From positions 1 to 64,000 of IMG/VR virus record IMGVR_UViG_3300034691_000037: 64,000 nucleotides of DNA. The stretch is one strand, 5' to 3'. The stretch is from a virus. Positions 1 to 9,241 of the stretch are shown in pieces. The translations under genes were made by a program, and so were the position numbers. A model generated the notes under the pieces. The model had not been told where the DNA came from. It was given only the letters and a program-made list of their open reading frames with translations, and did no database searches. Numbering within the stretch: the first letter of the stretch is position 1; each line of letters starts with the position of its first letter.

Positions 1-80
1 GTTTTGGTAAAGTCATCCAGCAACATGTATAGTCGACGTGCAAGTTCCCGAGTGTCCAGATTGCTAAAGGTGTTTGACAT
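1..80 (-). CDS. Hypothetical protein, 5' end only (runs off the window)
   Basis: ATG at 80 with purine-rich upstream; frame open to the edge (MSNTFSNLDTRELARRLY...). Confidence 0.5.
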   Translation of the reverse strand, partial: MSNTFSNLDTRELARRLYMLLDDFTK

Positions 81-118
81 GGCATCTCTCTCATTAGGTG
101 GGTTTCATACCAATCTAA

Positions 119-161
119 CAAAAAAAAGAAATGACTAGACAGAGCCCCGAAGGGCTCTGTC
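119..161 (-). terminator. Intrinsic terminator
   Basis: Hairpin gacagagccc-cgaa-gggctctgtc followed on the minus strand by a T-tract. Confidence 0.8.
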
Positions 162-167
162 GTTATG

Positions 168-545
168 TCACTCTGGATCGTGGCTGTTAAATACCACCTC
201 GTTCCATTTGAGTACTTTCACGATCTGACAGTTATCAATACGCAGATAGTACTCGACCCATTTACCATCGTGCCCATCGCCGTAGATCGTGAGCCAGTCT
301 TCATACGGATCATCCCCCGCCGTGCTGTACTTCCCATCCTTGATCTGCATGACCTCCTCATTACCGCGGTCGGACTCATAGCCGCGTTCGTTCATGCTAC
401 CTGGAGGGGTATAGGTAATGCGCCCATCCACGATTGTCATGTGGGCTAAAGTACACCCCAGACACTTGGTCTGATAGTTACCTGCATCGATACCAACTTT
501 GTTCGCCAAAACTTCCACGCTATCAAACATACCCATTTCACACAT
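168..545 (-). CDS. Hypothetical protein
   Basis: ORF in minus-strand gene string, ending at terminator. Confidence 0.7.
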   Translation of the reverse strand: MCEMGMFDSVEVLANKVGIDAGNYQTKCLGCTLAHMTIVDGRITYTPPGSMNERGYESDRGNEEVMQIKDGKYSTAGDDPYEDWLTIYGDGHDGKWVEYYLRIDNCQIVKVLKWNEVVFNSHDPE

Positions 546-561
546 CCTTCAAACAGTAAGA

Positions 562-855
562 TTATTCCGGATCTTTAGCAGCCAAATACTTAGCGGCTTT
601 TGCAAGGTTCTTGCGAAGTTCACGAACCGTCTTCTTCTTGGTAAGGGACATGTTGTTAAACTCTCGGCGCAGTCTGACGCGCATAGTGCGGTTCTTCGGC
701 ACTTTCGCCGCTGGGGCGTAGTTTGGCGTATCTCCGTCGAAGTTAGCGCTGAATGAAACCAAGGGTTTATCGAAGATGCTAGATGCTACATCTCGTGCAC
801 GAATCTGCCTCCGGGTGATCATCATTGCGCCTTCTTGTAACTCGGTAGATGTCAT
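562..855 (-). CDS. Small basic hypothetical protein
   Basis: ATGA overlap with upstream gene; Arg/Lys-rich. Confidence 0.65.
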   Translation of the reverse strand: MTSTELQEGAMMITRRQIRARDVASSIFDKPLVSFSANFDGDTPNYAPAAKVPKNRTMRVRLRREFNNMSLTKKKTVRELRKNLAKAAKYLAAKDPE

Positions 856-1349
856 GCTTGTTCTCCATCAGTCACGTCAGTGCGCAGCAGATGCGCTTGG
901 TATTCTTCTTCATCCTTGTCCAGCTTAGACTGGAACGCTTCCTCATCTTCAGGAGTCCATGGATCGTCATCTTGATCATCATCTTCACAATGATCATCTT
1001 GATCTTGACCACGCTCAGATTCACTGAGACCCTCCAGGTAGTACGCGTTAGAGATTTTCAAGCACGGCCCACAGAGGTAGTACAGAGGGCCGTTACTACC
1101 TTCATCCGGATCGCGGTGTGCGATCAATACTGCTTCAGCTTTACAGCGAGGGCAGGTTTCCAGATGAGGGTTTTCTTCAGCTTGTTTCTTCATGTCGTCA
1201 TAGCAAGCACGGCACATGAAGTGGAATTCTGAACCAAAGCTGTCGGTTTCCCCGACTACCTTCAGTTCGGAAGGCTTACCGCATTTGCACGCATTTTCTG
1301 ACAGTTCAGAAGTACAGGTACGTGCAAGTTGACCTGGTAGGTATGCCAT
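852..1349 (-). CDS. Putative Zn-binding protein with acidic tail
   Basis: CKC, CRAC, CPRC and CGPC motifs; D/E-rich C-terminus. Confidence 0.7.
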   Translation of the reverse strand: MAYLPGQLARTCTSELSENACKCGKPSELKVVGETDSFGSEFHFMCRACYDDMKKQAEENPHLETCPRCKAEAVLIAHRDPDEGSNGPLYYLCGPCLKISNAYYLEGLSESERGQDQDDHCEDDDQDDDPWTPEDEEAFQSKLDKDEEEYQAHLLRTDVTDGEQA

Positions 1350-1351
1350 GA

Positions 1352-1633
1352 TTAAACCCTCGCCTTAGCTTTCAATGCGGCCATCAATTTTTTAAACGCT
1401 GGATGCCTGATAACGTCAGCGAGTTGACCAGCGGCGTACTTCATGATATCTTTCATCATCATGTTGCAACGCAGCACGTCGTCAACCATGAGCGCTTTGA
1501 TGTCATCGCTGTAAGTCTCAGCCTGTACGCTACCAAGCGTCTCCTCGATCGCTAGAAGGCGTTTGTTAAGGTCGCTGTAAAGCTCAGCCATCAGCTGGAG
1601 TTGCTCAGGAAAATCTTTGTTCATTTTGTTCAC
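1352..1633 (-). CDS. Hypothetical helical protein
   Basis: ORF tightly packed in operon. Confidence 0.7.
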   Translation of the reverse strand: MNKMNKDFPEQLQLMAELYSDLNKRLLAIEETLGSVQAETYSDDIKALMVDDVLRCNMMMKDIMKYAAGQLADVIRHPAFKKLMAALKAKARV

Positions 1634-1657
1634 CTTTGAACAGGATGGGGAATTAAA

Positions 1658-2203
1658 TTAAGATCGTGCAGCCGCGCCCGGCAGTACCCGAGTCAGATCT
1701 TCCAGATACAGGATTTTGTGGGCATAGAAATCCAGCACCAATATCAGAGGTACGTGACGGACAGGATCATTACGGTCCATCACGATGCCGCTGTCAGTGC
1801 GGAAGAATGGAATGTTGTAGACAGTGTCAGTAGGTGTGTGGCGAACCTTTACAGCGCTGCCAGTGAGATGGCTGAACTGATTAATCCGAGACTGCACGTA
1901 GTCCTTAGGGTGTGTCGTGAGACGATCCTTGTGGCACTCCACCAGCTCTTTCAGTTCATCATTGGTCAGAGTGATTCGGTCCTTGCTGAACTGAGCCAAT
2001 ATGCCATTGACATCGATGAAGACCTTCTTGTCGTTGTAGCCAACGACACTACGTTTTGTTATGTTACCGTTATTATCGGTAAACGGGAGCCTGACATGGG
2101 TCTGACACGATGCAACGATGCTGATCAGCAAGGTATCAATATCGTCGTGTTGGAAATAGTACTTCACCTTACGCATCAAATTTTTAAACATGCCAATCTC
2201 CAT
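1658..2203 (-). CDS. Hypothetical protein
   Basis: 181-aa ORF in gene string. Confidence 0.75.
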   Translation of the reverse strand: MEIGMFKNLMRKVKYYFQHDDIDTLLISIVASCQTHVRLPFTDNNGNITKRSVVGYNDKKVFIDVNGILAQFSKDRITLTNDELKELVECHKDRLTTHPKDYVQSRINQFSHLTGSAVKVRHTPTDTVYNIPFFRTDSGIVMDRNDPVRHVPLILVLDFYAHKILYLEDLTRVLPGAAARS

Positions 2204-2213
2204 GAATAGGTGT

Positions 2214-2239
2214 GCCAGCTAGGGTCATTCCTAGCTGGC
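2214..2239. terminator. Intergenic hairpin
   Basis: gccagctagg-gtcatt-cctagctggc. Confidence 0.6.
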
Positions 2240-2248
2240 TTATTAAGG

Positions 2249-3694
2249 TTAATAGACGTCGTCGCCTTTAGGACCTTTGTTTTTCGTGTGTTTTGACGAC
2301 AGGACTCGGCTGGAAGGGTCTGTAAAAGAGTCTTTAAGATGGACTCCCTTTAGTTCCAACATACGCGGCCGGTGCATTCGAGCCAGGATTTGCGTATCCA
2401 TGTGGGCCGGCAGGATATAAGGGAATACCATGCTTTTAGCGGCAGGATCTACTTTACCCAGGGATTCAAGCCTATCCGCAGCCGCCTCGGCTTCTTCCTT
2501 AGTCCCCAGAAGATCGTGATAGAAATTACCGACCTTCGGGCTCGGTAATACCGAATCCTGCACTTGCACCTGGCTGCCCCAATACAGCTTTCCCACAGGC
2601 TCCTGGGCAACCTCTTCTTCAACCGGTACCGGGCGTTTATCCGCACTGACTATGACACTATCTTTAGTAGCAGTGTAGGCACGCGCACCACGGTGTACGA
2701 CTACTTCAATGTTACCAGGCAGTTTATGATAAAGCTGGTATTTACCTTCTTCATCACAGCTGATATCGAACTCTTCGAACAGGTCAATGCCGTGTTCATC
2801 ATTCTTGATGTGCAGGGCAAATGAACGAAAGTCCGTCATGTCGAAGGTCAGGTCTTCCCTGTAGAACTGCTTACCAGCGACTTGGACACTGGCCAGGTTA
2901 TATTCGTAGTGGTACATGCCGGGTACGTTCAAGATACGTACGCGTTTTACCAACGATTTCCAGTCAGCGCACTTAGCCGCTTCTTTACACACGAACTTCA
3001 GAATATCGAAGCTCATGATAGAAGCGTCGCCCTGAGCCCATTCACGCAGTGACGGCCGAAGCTGATGAGGAACGTTGAAAGCTTCCATCATCTCAACCAC
3101 TACCTGGTCTTCAATACCGCGATACTGAATCCAGTACTTGATTCGACCAGGGCGGTTGATCAAGAAATTGTTAATGCCACTGGCCTCGTTGACGGTCATG
3201 ATAAACAGGATTTTCTTAAGATCGCTGTCACTGAACAGAGTCAGCAGCTTCTTCTGGTCGTCCTCGTCGTAGATCTTTTCGAATTCATCGAACATGACCA
3301 TAGCGCCACCAGGGCATGCCATCACGGCAGCCTTGATCATGCCAGGTGGAATACACGAATCAACCATGAACACCGGAATGTCGGCGATCAGTGATTTGTT
3401 TGCCAGCGCTTCGGCCAAGACCGTTTTACCGCAGCCTTTATTGCCGAACAGCATAGCGCCGGTGGCGCCTTCGGTAGAGCGCCAGTCATCGTACAGCAGT
3501 TCCAGGAATTCCTGGTTCGAACCGTACAGGCGTTCAGGAACGTTGAAGTTCTTACGGTCCTTGACAAGCACCAGGTTCATATTGCCGTCGATGTTCAGCT
3601 TGTAAACATACGGCGGGATATGGTCAATCAGGTTGCTGTTGTCAACCTGTTGGAAAACGATACCCCAATCACGAGAACTTAATACTGTTGGCAT
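2249..3694 (-). CDS. AAA+ ATPase
   Basis: Walker A GNKGCGKT, Walker B VMFDEFEK, SRH LINRPGRIKY. Confidence 0.9.
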   Translation of the reverse strand: MPTVLSSRDWGIVFQQVDNSNLIDHIPPYVYKLNIDGNMNLVLVKDRKNFNVPERLYGSNQEFLELLYDDWRSTEGATGAMLFGNKGCGKTVLAEALANKSLIADIPVFMVDSCIPPGMIKAAVMACPGGAMVMFDEFEKIYDEDDQKKLLTLFSDSDLKKILFIMTVNEASGINNFLINRPGRIKYWIQYRGIEDQVVVEMMEAFNVPHQLRPSLREWAQGDASIMSFDILKFVCKEAAKCADWKSLVKRVRILNVPGMYHYEYNLASVQVAGKQFYREDLTFDMTDFRSFALHIKNDEHGIDLFEEFDISCDEEGKYQLYHKLPGNIEVVVHRGARAYTATKDSVIVSADKRPVPVEEEVAQEPVGKLYWGSQVQVQDSVLPSPKVGNFYHDLLGTKEEAEAAADRLESLGKVDPAAKSMVFPYILPAHMDTQILARMHRPRMLELKGVHLKDSFTDPSSRVLSSKHTKNKGPKGDDVY

Positions 3695-3719
3695 GTTTCT
3701 TCCTTAATTGCAAAAGAAG

Positions 3720-3740
3720 CGCCCGGCTAATAGCCGGGCG
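3720..3740 (-). terminator. Intrinsic terminator
   Basis: cgcccggcta-a-tagccgggcg followed by CTTCTTTT on the minus strand. Confidence 0.75.
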
Positions 3741-3755
3741 GTAGTCAGAGGAGGT

Positions 3756-4040
3756 TTACGATGCGTGCATGCAGCTACGCAGATACCTGGTTTGTACTGC
3801 CATCAATTCGTCGATCTGGTCAGTGATCATGCGCTTGGTGCGGGAGAGCTCATCCATCTGAACTTGCAGATGGGAAGTATCGACGTGAGCCATCATCATG
3901 CCGACTTTCTTCAGCGACAATGCCTGATACTGCTGAGTCAGGTCATCACGGTACTTACGAAGCAGTGCCATTTCGTTACCGAACTCAACGTTAGTCTGGA
4001 CAAACGTGTCATCGTACTGCAGGGTGTTAATGCCAGTCAT
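3756..4040 (-). CDS. Small coiled-coil protein (early)
   Basis: AGGAGG RBS, own promoter motif upstream, heptad pattern. Confidence 0.8.
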   Translation of the reverse strand: MTGINTLQYDDTFVQTNVEFGNEMALLRKYRDDLTQQYQALSLKKVGMMMAHVDTSHLQVQMDELSRTKRMITDQIDELMAVQTRYLRSCMHAS

Positions 4041-4099
4041 GAAGCAGGCCCTCCTTAGGGCAGGTATAAATATTGCAATGAGTGGGGGTGTACGTCAAA

Positions 4100-4115
4100 G
4101 CAATGTATGACTGTA
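4100..4115 (-). promoter_or_regulatory. Putative phage early promoter
   Basis: TACAGTCATACATTGC; motif recurs upstream of about 10 gene units. Confidence 0.65.
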
Positions 4116-4122
4116 ATTATTT

Positions 4123-4422
4123 TTAATCGGGTAGATCGAGGTCATTACCCTCATCCTCCAAAGGCGTGTATGTCATGACCCCGTGCATTTTGTTAACCTG
4201 TCCGACGGCCGCTTCGATAGTGGTCTTATCGAAATCAAACCTGGCGCTATGGATCTTGTTGATGGTGTCGATACGCCACAGCTCAGCCGCATCTGGATCA
4301 TGGTACATCTTACGCTCGACACCGAGTAGTTTAGTGCGCTGAGGACCATCCAGCTGAGTAGCGGCAAAGATAAGCTTTGCTTCAGCCGAGGTAAAGAATT
4401 TGTTTTCAGGCTGGTTTGACAT
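4123..4422 (-). CDS. Small protein with J-domain-like helical hairpin (HPD replaced by HSA)
   Basis: LLGV...AELWR..INKIHSAR...AAVGQVNKMHGVM pattern; start MSNQP after AAGGAG. Confidence 0.6.
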   Translation of the reverse strand: MSNQPENKFFTSAEAKLIFAATQLDGPQRTKLLGVERKMYHDPDAAELWRIDTINKIHSARFDFDKTTIEAAVGQVNKMHGVMTYTPLEDEGNDLDLPD

Positions 4423-4957
4423 TATCGACTCCTTTAAGTGGGAACTCTTTGTGCAGGCGCTCAACGATGTCTTTCTTTGAGAACCAGTTCAGTTTACGGC
4501 CGTATGCGAGTTTGTTCTCTTGTACGAAATTCGTGACGGCTTCCTTATCCGGCTTAGCTATCAAGAAACCCATGAGCAAATCCCGGTCACTGTCGTTTAC
4601 TGTCATGGCGATTGATTTTGCTTTGCCAACTGGCATTGCCCAGCTGCTCATTCCCATGAGGTTCTTGCCTTTCTCGGTATCCGCAAAGGCATCTACCTGC
4701 CAGACTTCGCCGTAATGGTCAATCAACATCCAACTGAGACCACTGGTCGCATCGCGCACATGACCCGGCATTGGCGGTCTGCGGTTTTCAATGATTGCAC
4801 TGTAGTTGAGGTCAAAATCATTCAACGGCGCAACAAAGCCGTACTTGGTATAAAAGTGATCGAACGTCAGGCCATGCGCCGTCCAATGAAGACCTTCCAT
4901 AGAGACAGGAGTTGTCTGTAACCCCACCTCTTCGCCAATCCAAACGATCAGGCTCAT
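4406..4957 (-). CDS. Hypothetical protein, possibly a degenerate Ntn-fold partner of the upstream gene
   Basis: ATGA-coupled to the Ntn-like gene; similar length and N-terminal beta pattern (MSLIVW). Confidence 0.6.
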   Translation of the reverse strand: MSLIVWIGEEVGLQTTPVSMEGLHWTAHGLTFDHFYTKYGFVAPLNDFDLNYSAIIENRRPPMPGHVRDATSGLSWMLIDHYGEVWQVDAFADTEKGKNLMGMSSWAMPVGKAKSIAMTVNDSDRDLLMGFLIAKPDKEAVTNFVQENKLAYGRKLNWFSKKDIVERLHKEFPLKGVDNVKPA

Positions 4958-5484
4958 TTGGAGTCTCCTTTAATGACGAACGGTTTGAGGGACTTCATGG
5001 AAACGCTGTCGACATGACCTGTGGTGTACGTATCGATGTCACCGAGGTTAGCGAAGGCTTCTCTAGGTGTCATGCCGCCACTGATCATCCCGACCACAAG
5101 AAAGCCTCCAGTGCCAACTCCGGTAGTCAAATTGGTCCCATCGGCAAACCCACTAGGTGTTACTGAAAAGACCCGCTGTTTGGTAATGATCATGGCGTGA
5201 CCATCGAGTAGTGCTTTGGTTAAGGCAGTGCCATCAGTGAATTCACTCAGCTTGGCAATATCACCTAACTTAGCGACCAGTACGTCTTCGATGAATTTAC
5301 GAAGAACGGCTTCGGTCGCAGGGCGGTCATCCGGACGAATCACGGCACCGCTAACCCCGTAAGCAAACTGCTTGTCTTCAGACACAAACAACTTAGTGGC
5401 TTGGTAGGTGGTAATCGGCCGGCCTGCGCGTATGTGGCACTGGTCAGCGTAGAGTACGCCATCATGGTGAACGATGGTAGTCAT
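4954..5484 (-). CDS. Ntn-hydrolase / proteasome-beta (HslV-like) peptidase
   Basis: N-terminal MTTIVHHDGVLYAD, TKLFV, GVSG, GVGTGG, DTYTTGHV. Confidence 0.7.
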   Translation of the reverse strand: MTTIVHHDGVLYADQCHIRAGRPITTYQATKLFVSEDKQFAYGVSGAVIRPDDRPATEAVLRKFIEDVLVAKLGDIAKLSEFTDGTALTKALLDGHAMIITKQRVFSVTPSGFADGTNLTTGVGTGGFLVVGMISGGMTPREAFANLGDIDTYTTGHVDSVSMKSLKPFVIKGDSK

Positions 5485-5511
5485 GGTGTGTCCTAATTGA
5501 ATAGAGAGCAG

Positions 5512-5543
5512 CATAGAGAGCAGGCGCGTGCCTGCTCTCTATG
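5512..5543. terminator. CATA/TATG-closed hairpin
   Basis: 14-bp perfect stem catagagagcaggc/gcctgctctctatg. Confidence 0.75.
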
Positions 5544-5548
5544 TCATT

Positions 5549-5875
5549 TTACATCTGGTCGTTGCTGATCCGGGCCAACGCGCCACGGCCTGGTGCCGAT
5601 GCAGGCTTCGCTTTTTGAGCTTTTGGGGTAGTCGTGCCAGGGATCAGTTCCACATCGCCGGTTTCCAGGTTGATCTTGAAATGCTGACCCAGCAAAGTGC
5701 TAGGCTTTTCACCTTCGGGCATGGTATCCAGCTTCACCTGGACAAACATGTCACCTTGGCCGGCGACTGCCGTCAGAGTACCTTTGGTGAACGATGAGAT
5801 CTCGACGGTAGCGAAACCGTCTACGGCGATAGTTGCCAGAGCAGGGGTGATGCCAGTGAGGTTAGTTACTTTCAT
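5549..5875 (-). CDS. Hypothetical protein
   Basis: GGAGA RBS; bounded by hairpin. Confidence 0.75.
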   Translation of the reverse strand: MKVTNLTGITPALATIAVDGFATVEISSFTKGTLTAVAGQGDMFVQVKLDTMPEGEKPSTLLGQHFKINLETGDVELIPGTTTPKAQKAKPASAPGRGALARISNDQM

Positions 5876-5928
5876 GAACGTATCTCCAGAGTAGCATGAT
5901 GGGCTATAAAGAAAGGGTAATTCGGTAG

Positions 5929-6249
5929 TTACTTACAGACACCGTTGGTGCAGGTAATTGTAGTGGTTTCCAGTTTCTTCTTGTCATTGTAGGAACGTGC
6001 CCCTACAAGACGAACATTACAGTTCACAACCGACTGTACAAGATTCGCGTAAGCCACCGACCACATGTCCAACCGATGCTGAAGATTGGCAGTGTTGTAA
6101 ACGATGGGGTCAGGTGGTGAGGTAATAGGGCAGTCGGCAATCCAACGCTCATCCAGTACCGCATATTGCGTTGTAGTTTTGGTAACCACGCTAGGCTCAG
6201 TGGCGCAACCTACCAATAAGGCAAACATGCACAACAGAACGTATTTCAT
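5929..6249 (-). CDS. Outer-membrane spanin (o-spanin, Rz1-like lipoprotein)
   Basis: Lipobox LLVGC, Pro-rich segment, Cys pairs, coupled to i-spanin. Confidence 0.8.
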   Translation of the reverse strand: MKYVLLCMFALLVGCATEPSVVTKTTTQYAVLDERWIADCPITSPPDPIVYNTANLQHRLDMWSVAYANLVQSVVNCNVRLVGARSYNDKKKLETTTITCTNGVCK

Positions 6250-6722
6250 TTCACCCCCTTACACGCAGTAGCGGTTGGATTGGTTTTGCAATACACCTTC
6301 CATGCGTAGTCAAGGCCAATGTCACGCTCTGTAGGGACCACAGAGAACGCATCATCTGCCTTACACATATTGACACCACCTTTGTCTAACAACAGCTTAC
6401 GCCGCGCCTCATCGCGTTCAGCGACTGCAGTCTCAAGATCACTCGAAAGCCCGTCCATGAGCGCAGCGATTTGTTTCTGCCCCACATCGATATCTTTGTT
6501 AACCTGATTCTTGTCGAGGACATCTTGTTTCAGACGGGCAACTTCAGCATCAAGCGTTTTGTTTGCCTCAAGAGCTTTGTTTTTCTCGGACGTTTCGTTG
6601 GCCAAGTTAATGGTCATTTGGTTGTAGCTGTGTACGGCGTAAATACCAGAACCTACCACACCCCCAAGTACAGCAAGGGCAATCAGTAACCACACCCACT
6701 TAGGGATGATCGAGATATCCAT
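6246..6722 (-). CDS. Inner-membrane spanin (i-spanin, Rz-like)
   Basis: N-terminal TM helix, long coiled coil, C-terminal Cys residues. Confidence 0.8.
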   Translation of the reverse strand: MDISIIPKWVWLLIALAVLGGVVGSGIYAVHSYNQMTINLANETSEKNKALEANKTLDAEVARLKQDVLDKNQVNKDIDVGQKQIAALMDGLSSDLETAVAERDEARRKLLLDKGGVNMCKADDAFSVVPTERDIGLDYAWKVYCKTNPTATACKGVK

Positions 6723-6723
6723 G

Positions 6724-7401
6724 TTACTTTACTCCGGCGTCAGCGATCATACCGAAAAGAGAGACGTGGATATTAACACCGCGCCAAGGACCAGGGTGTG
6801 AGAAAAACCGACCCTGTTGCGTATACCCAACCGCCGTCAGTTCATCAATCAAACCTTGCGGTACGATTGGAGACTTCAGCATGATGTCAGAAGTCAGCTT
6901 GTCACTGATGTCCAAGTTAACGTGAATCTTGTAAAAACGATCCATGCGTGAAGGGCTTTGCAGTTGGAAGAGAGCCGGACCACGGGATTCTGGAATACTG
7001 CCAGTGTCAGCAGACAGTCTGTAAATGTAACCATCGAACTCACGCAGCACTTCTACTGCCACAGCCAGCACATGCTTAGACTTGAACTGACGACTTGCTG
7101 TGTTGTGAGTCACATGACCCATCCATGGCAAGTTGGTATCCAACACCTCAGCCAAGTCAGGCAGGTCATTGACATCAACCCCTTTCTCAGTGAGTTCATC
7201 TTTGGCCACCTTAGCGATAGTGATCAGGTGACGCATCACATCACCGCTGGTCGACGGCATGCTGTATTTGATGACATCGGTGGTCGAGTGCTTCTTCAGC
7301 TCTTTGATGATCTCGCTGAATCCGGCCACGATGGGACTGGCCTTCATATCGATCGAGCTGATGGGTAACTTGACCAAATACTTTCGAACGGGCGTGCTCA
7401 T
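6724..7401 (-). CDS. Hypothetical protein
   Basis: 225-aa coupled ORF. Confidence 0.75.
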   Translation of the reverse strand: MSTPVRKYLVKLPISSIDMKASPIVAGFSEIIKELKKHSTTDVIKYSMPSTSGDVMRHLITIAKVAKDELTEKGVDVNDLPDLAEVLDTNLPWMGHVTHNTASRQFKSKHVLAVAVEVLREFDGYIYRLSADTGSIPESRGPALFQLQSPSRMDRFYKIHVNLDISDKLTSDIMLKSPIVPQGLIDELTAVGYTQQGRFFSHPGPWRGVNIHVSLFGMIADAGVK

Positions 7402-7802
7402 GACGGAGTCCCTGCTTGAGTAACGGCTTCACAAACCATGATCACGAGATCCTTACGGCAGGCATACAGCGTGCTGGCGCTGTACAGATAACGCGGCTCT
7501 GTATCCTTGGCGTTGGAGACAGCGCTCAGTATATCGGCCATCCCTTGATCCCCCAACATCTCCCGCAGGAAGTGAGGGATGCGACTGCCGAATGATTCCA
7601 GTGTGGTTTCAGTCAACCCCATTGGTACCGACACGTCTTTATCGTAAAAGTGCGAAGGCAAAGTCGCCGGAATAGCCGCTACGAAGTCGATTGACTTTTC
7701 ACGACTGGTCGCTTCAGGATTGAAACGGATCTGCCGCGCGGTACCACTGACCGCATCAGCGATGATTTCCAAAATGGTTTCTACAGCTACGTTACTGGTC
7801 AT
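7398..7802 (-). CDS. Hypothetical protein, paralog of 27531..27932
   Basis: Shared P.x.LP.HF..D and C-terminal S.L.....vlMV.E pattern. Confidence 0.7.
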   Translation of the reverse strand: MTSNVAVETILEIIADAVSGTARQIRFNPEATSREKSIDFVAAIPATLPSHFYDKDVSVPMGLTETTLESFGSRIPHFLREMLGDQGMADILSAVSNAKDTEPRYLYSASTLYACRKDLVIMVCEAVTQAGTPS

Positions 7803-8437
7803 GGTTTATCTGATTCCTTTTTAACGGTCGTTTGTTCAACAGAGAGATCGAGACCACCCTGCCAACGTTCTTTATTATTGAGGAGTGTGAAATTAAGCGC
7901 TCTCGACTTAAAGACAACGACTACCTTTCCGTGATCACAGTCGGTCATGACTGCCTCGATCTTGGATTCCATCCTTAAAGCAATGTATCGCAGCGTCTCA
8001 CTAAGTTCACGGGTTGGTCCGCCCGAAAGAAGATCAATGAGGGGCATATTCTCAAAAGATGATTCATTTGAGAGGTAAAGTATTTGCACCGTCGGTAAGC
8101 CCATCTCAGTAATTTGAGGTGACAGTATTTCGGATGCTTTCAACCCAAGACCATTGGGGAGTAACACAGATAGGCTTCGAACTGTACAGCCAGTCAATCG
8201 CGTAGTCGCATTAACTATTTGCCGATCCCAGGGTATTGTAAATTCGTTTACCTCACCTCGACGCCAACCGTATTGAAGGAACTGGTTAGCCGTTTCCTGA
8301 TAAATAGAATCCCACTCAACGATCGACATTACAATTGGTGGCTTTACTAACTTGGGCGTTTCAGGAGACTTAGGGGTATTTCTTGAAGACCACCATTTGA
8401 ACACGCTCATGACGGCATTCCTTTCAGTGTATTTCAT
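7799..8437 (-). CDS. Hypothetical protein
   Basis: 212-aa coupled ORF. Confidence 0.7.
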   Translation of the reverse strand: MKYTERNAVMSVFKWWSSRNTPKSPETPKLVKPPIVMSIVEWDSIYQETANQFLQYGWRRGEVNEFTIPWDRQIVNATTRLTGCTVRSLSVLLPNGLGLKASEILSPQITEMGLPTVQILYLSNESSFENMPLIDLLSGGPTRELSETLRYIALRMESKIEAVMTDCDHGKVVVVFKSRALNFTLLNNKERWQGGLDLSVEQTTVKKESDKP

Positions 8438-8446
8438 ATAACGGTG

Positions 8447-8899
8447 TTACCGAGCCCACCATGTATCGCGATTCTTTTGCTGAGCTTCCCTCAGGGCTTC
8501 ACGCTTCTGTTCGTACATCGCTTGCGGACCCATGTAGTCATACGTGACGATGTGATTGAGACCACCACGGATAAGGAAGACCAGTTCTTTGACGTCCTTA
8601 ATATTAGCGATGTGCGCTTCCAGCACTGGCTTCAATGGACCATACGGTTCGATGATCGCCGAAGCGGTACCTTTGATCTCGTTCAACTCGATACTAAGAA
8701 ACCTGCCGCAGACACGATTCTCATCGATGTACGCAATACGCGAGTTGGACCACATGCCGTTAGACAGCTCCTCGATATATTCGATACCGATAGGATCTCG
8801 CCGACAGCGTTTTTCAAAAGAACGCCAGTTTTCGATATTCCCATCGCGGACGAGGGCCAGGCTAGAACCAACCGGCGGTTTAAATTCGATTGTGATCAT
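8447..8899 (-). CDS. Degenerate prohead-protease-fold protein
   Basis: IDENRVCG, IEPYGP, FLIRG, IVTYD resemble the gp21/gp175-type fold; catalytic His/Ser not evident. Confidence 0.55.
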   Translation of the reverse strand: MITIEFKPPVGSSLALVRDGNIENWRSFEKRCRRDPIGIEYIEELSNGMWSNSRIAYIDENRVCGRFLSIELNEIKGTASAIIEPYGPLKPVLEAHIANIKDVKELVFLIRGGLNHIVTYDYMGPQAMYEQKREALREAQQKNRDTWWAR

Positions 8900-8921
8900 A
8901 GTGAACTTCCTTCGCTAATCT

Positions 8922-9083
8922 TTAGAATTTAATAATCAGGGTAAAGAAAACCGCAAGTTCGAGAACTACCCAAACCGCCCTACCCAGTATAGGCCACTTC
9001 CGCATATCGCTTTCCATCAGGATAAACGCAATGGCGCAATACAGAAAACTCCCAATAAGCACACTACCTATAGCTACGTTCAT
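8922..9083 (-). CDS. Small 2-TM membrane protein
   Basis: Start MNVAIG after AAGGA; two hydrophobic segments. Confidence 0.6.
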   Translation of the reverse strand: MNVAIGSVLIGSFLYCAIAFILMESDMRKWPILGRAVWVVLELAVFFTLIIKF

Positions 9084-9241
9084 GGAGCAGTCCTTACGTA
9101 GATTAAACCGCCAGCCACGGCGATAATTACAAGGACCAGTTTCCAAAAGGAATCCCAGTGCTCAGGGTTGAAACCACCTGAGACAAACGCCCCACAGAAA
9201 TAAATTGCACAAATGAAAAGTGCGAATTTAAAGTATCGCAT
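9080..9241 (-). CDS. Small 2-TM membrane protein
   Basis: MRYFKFALF...; overlaps neighbours by a few bases. Confidence 0.6.
   Translation of the reverse strand: MRYFKFALFICAIYFCGAFVSGGFNPEHWDSFWKLVLVIIAVAGGLIYVRTAP

Noticed and set aside
5929-6722. Complete lysis cassette
   Set aside because: Spanins are present but no adjacent endolysin or convincing holin.
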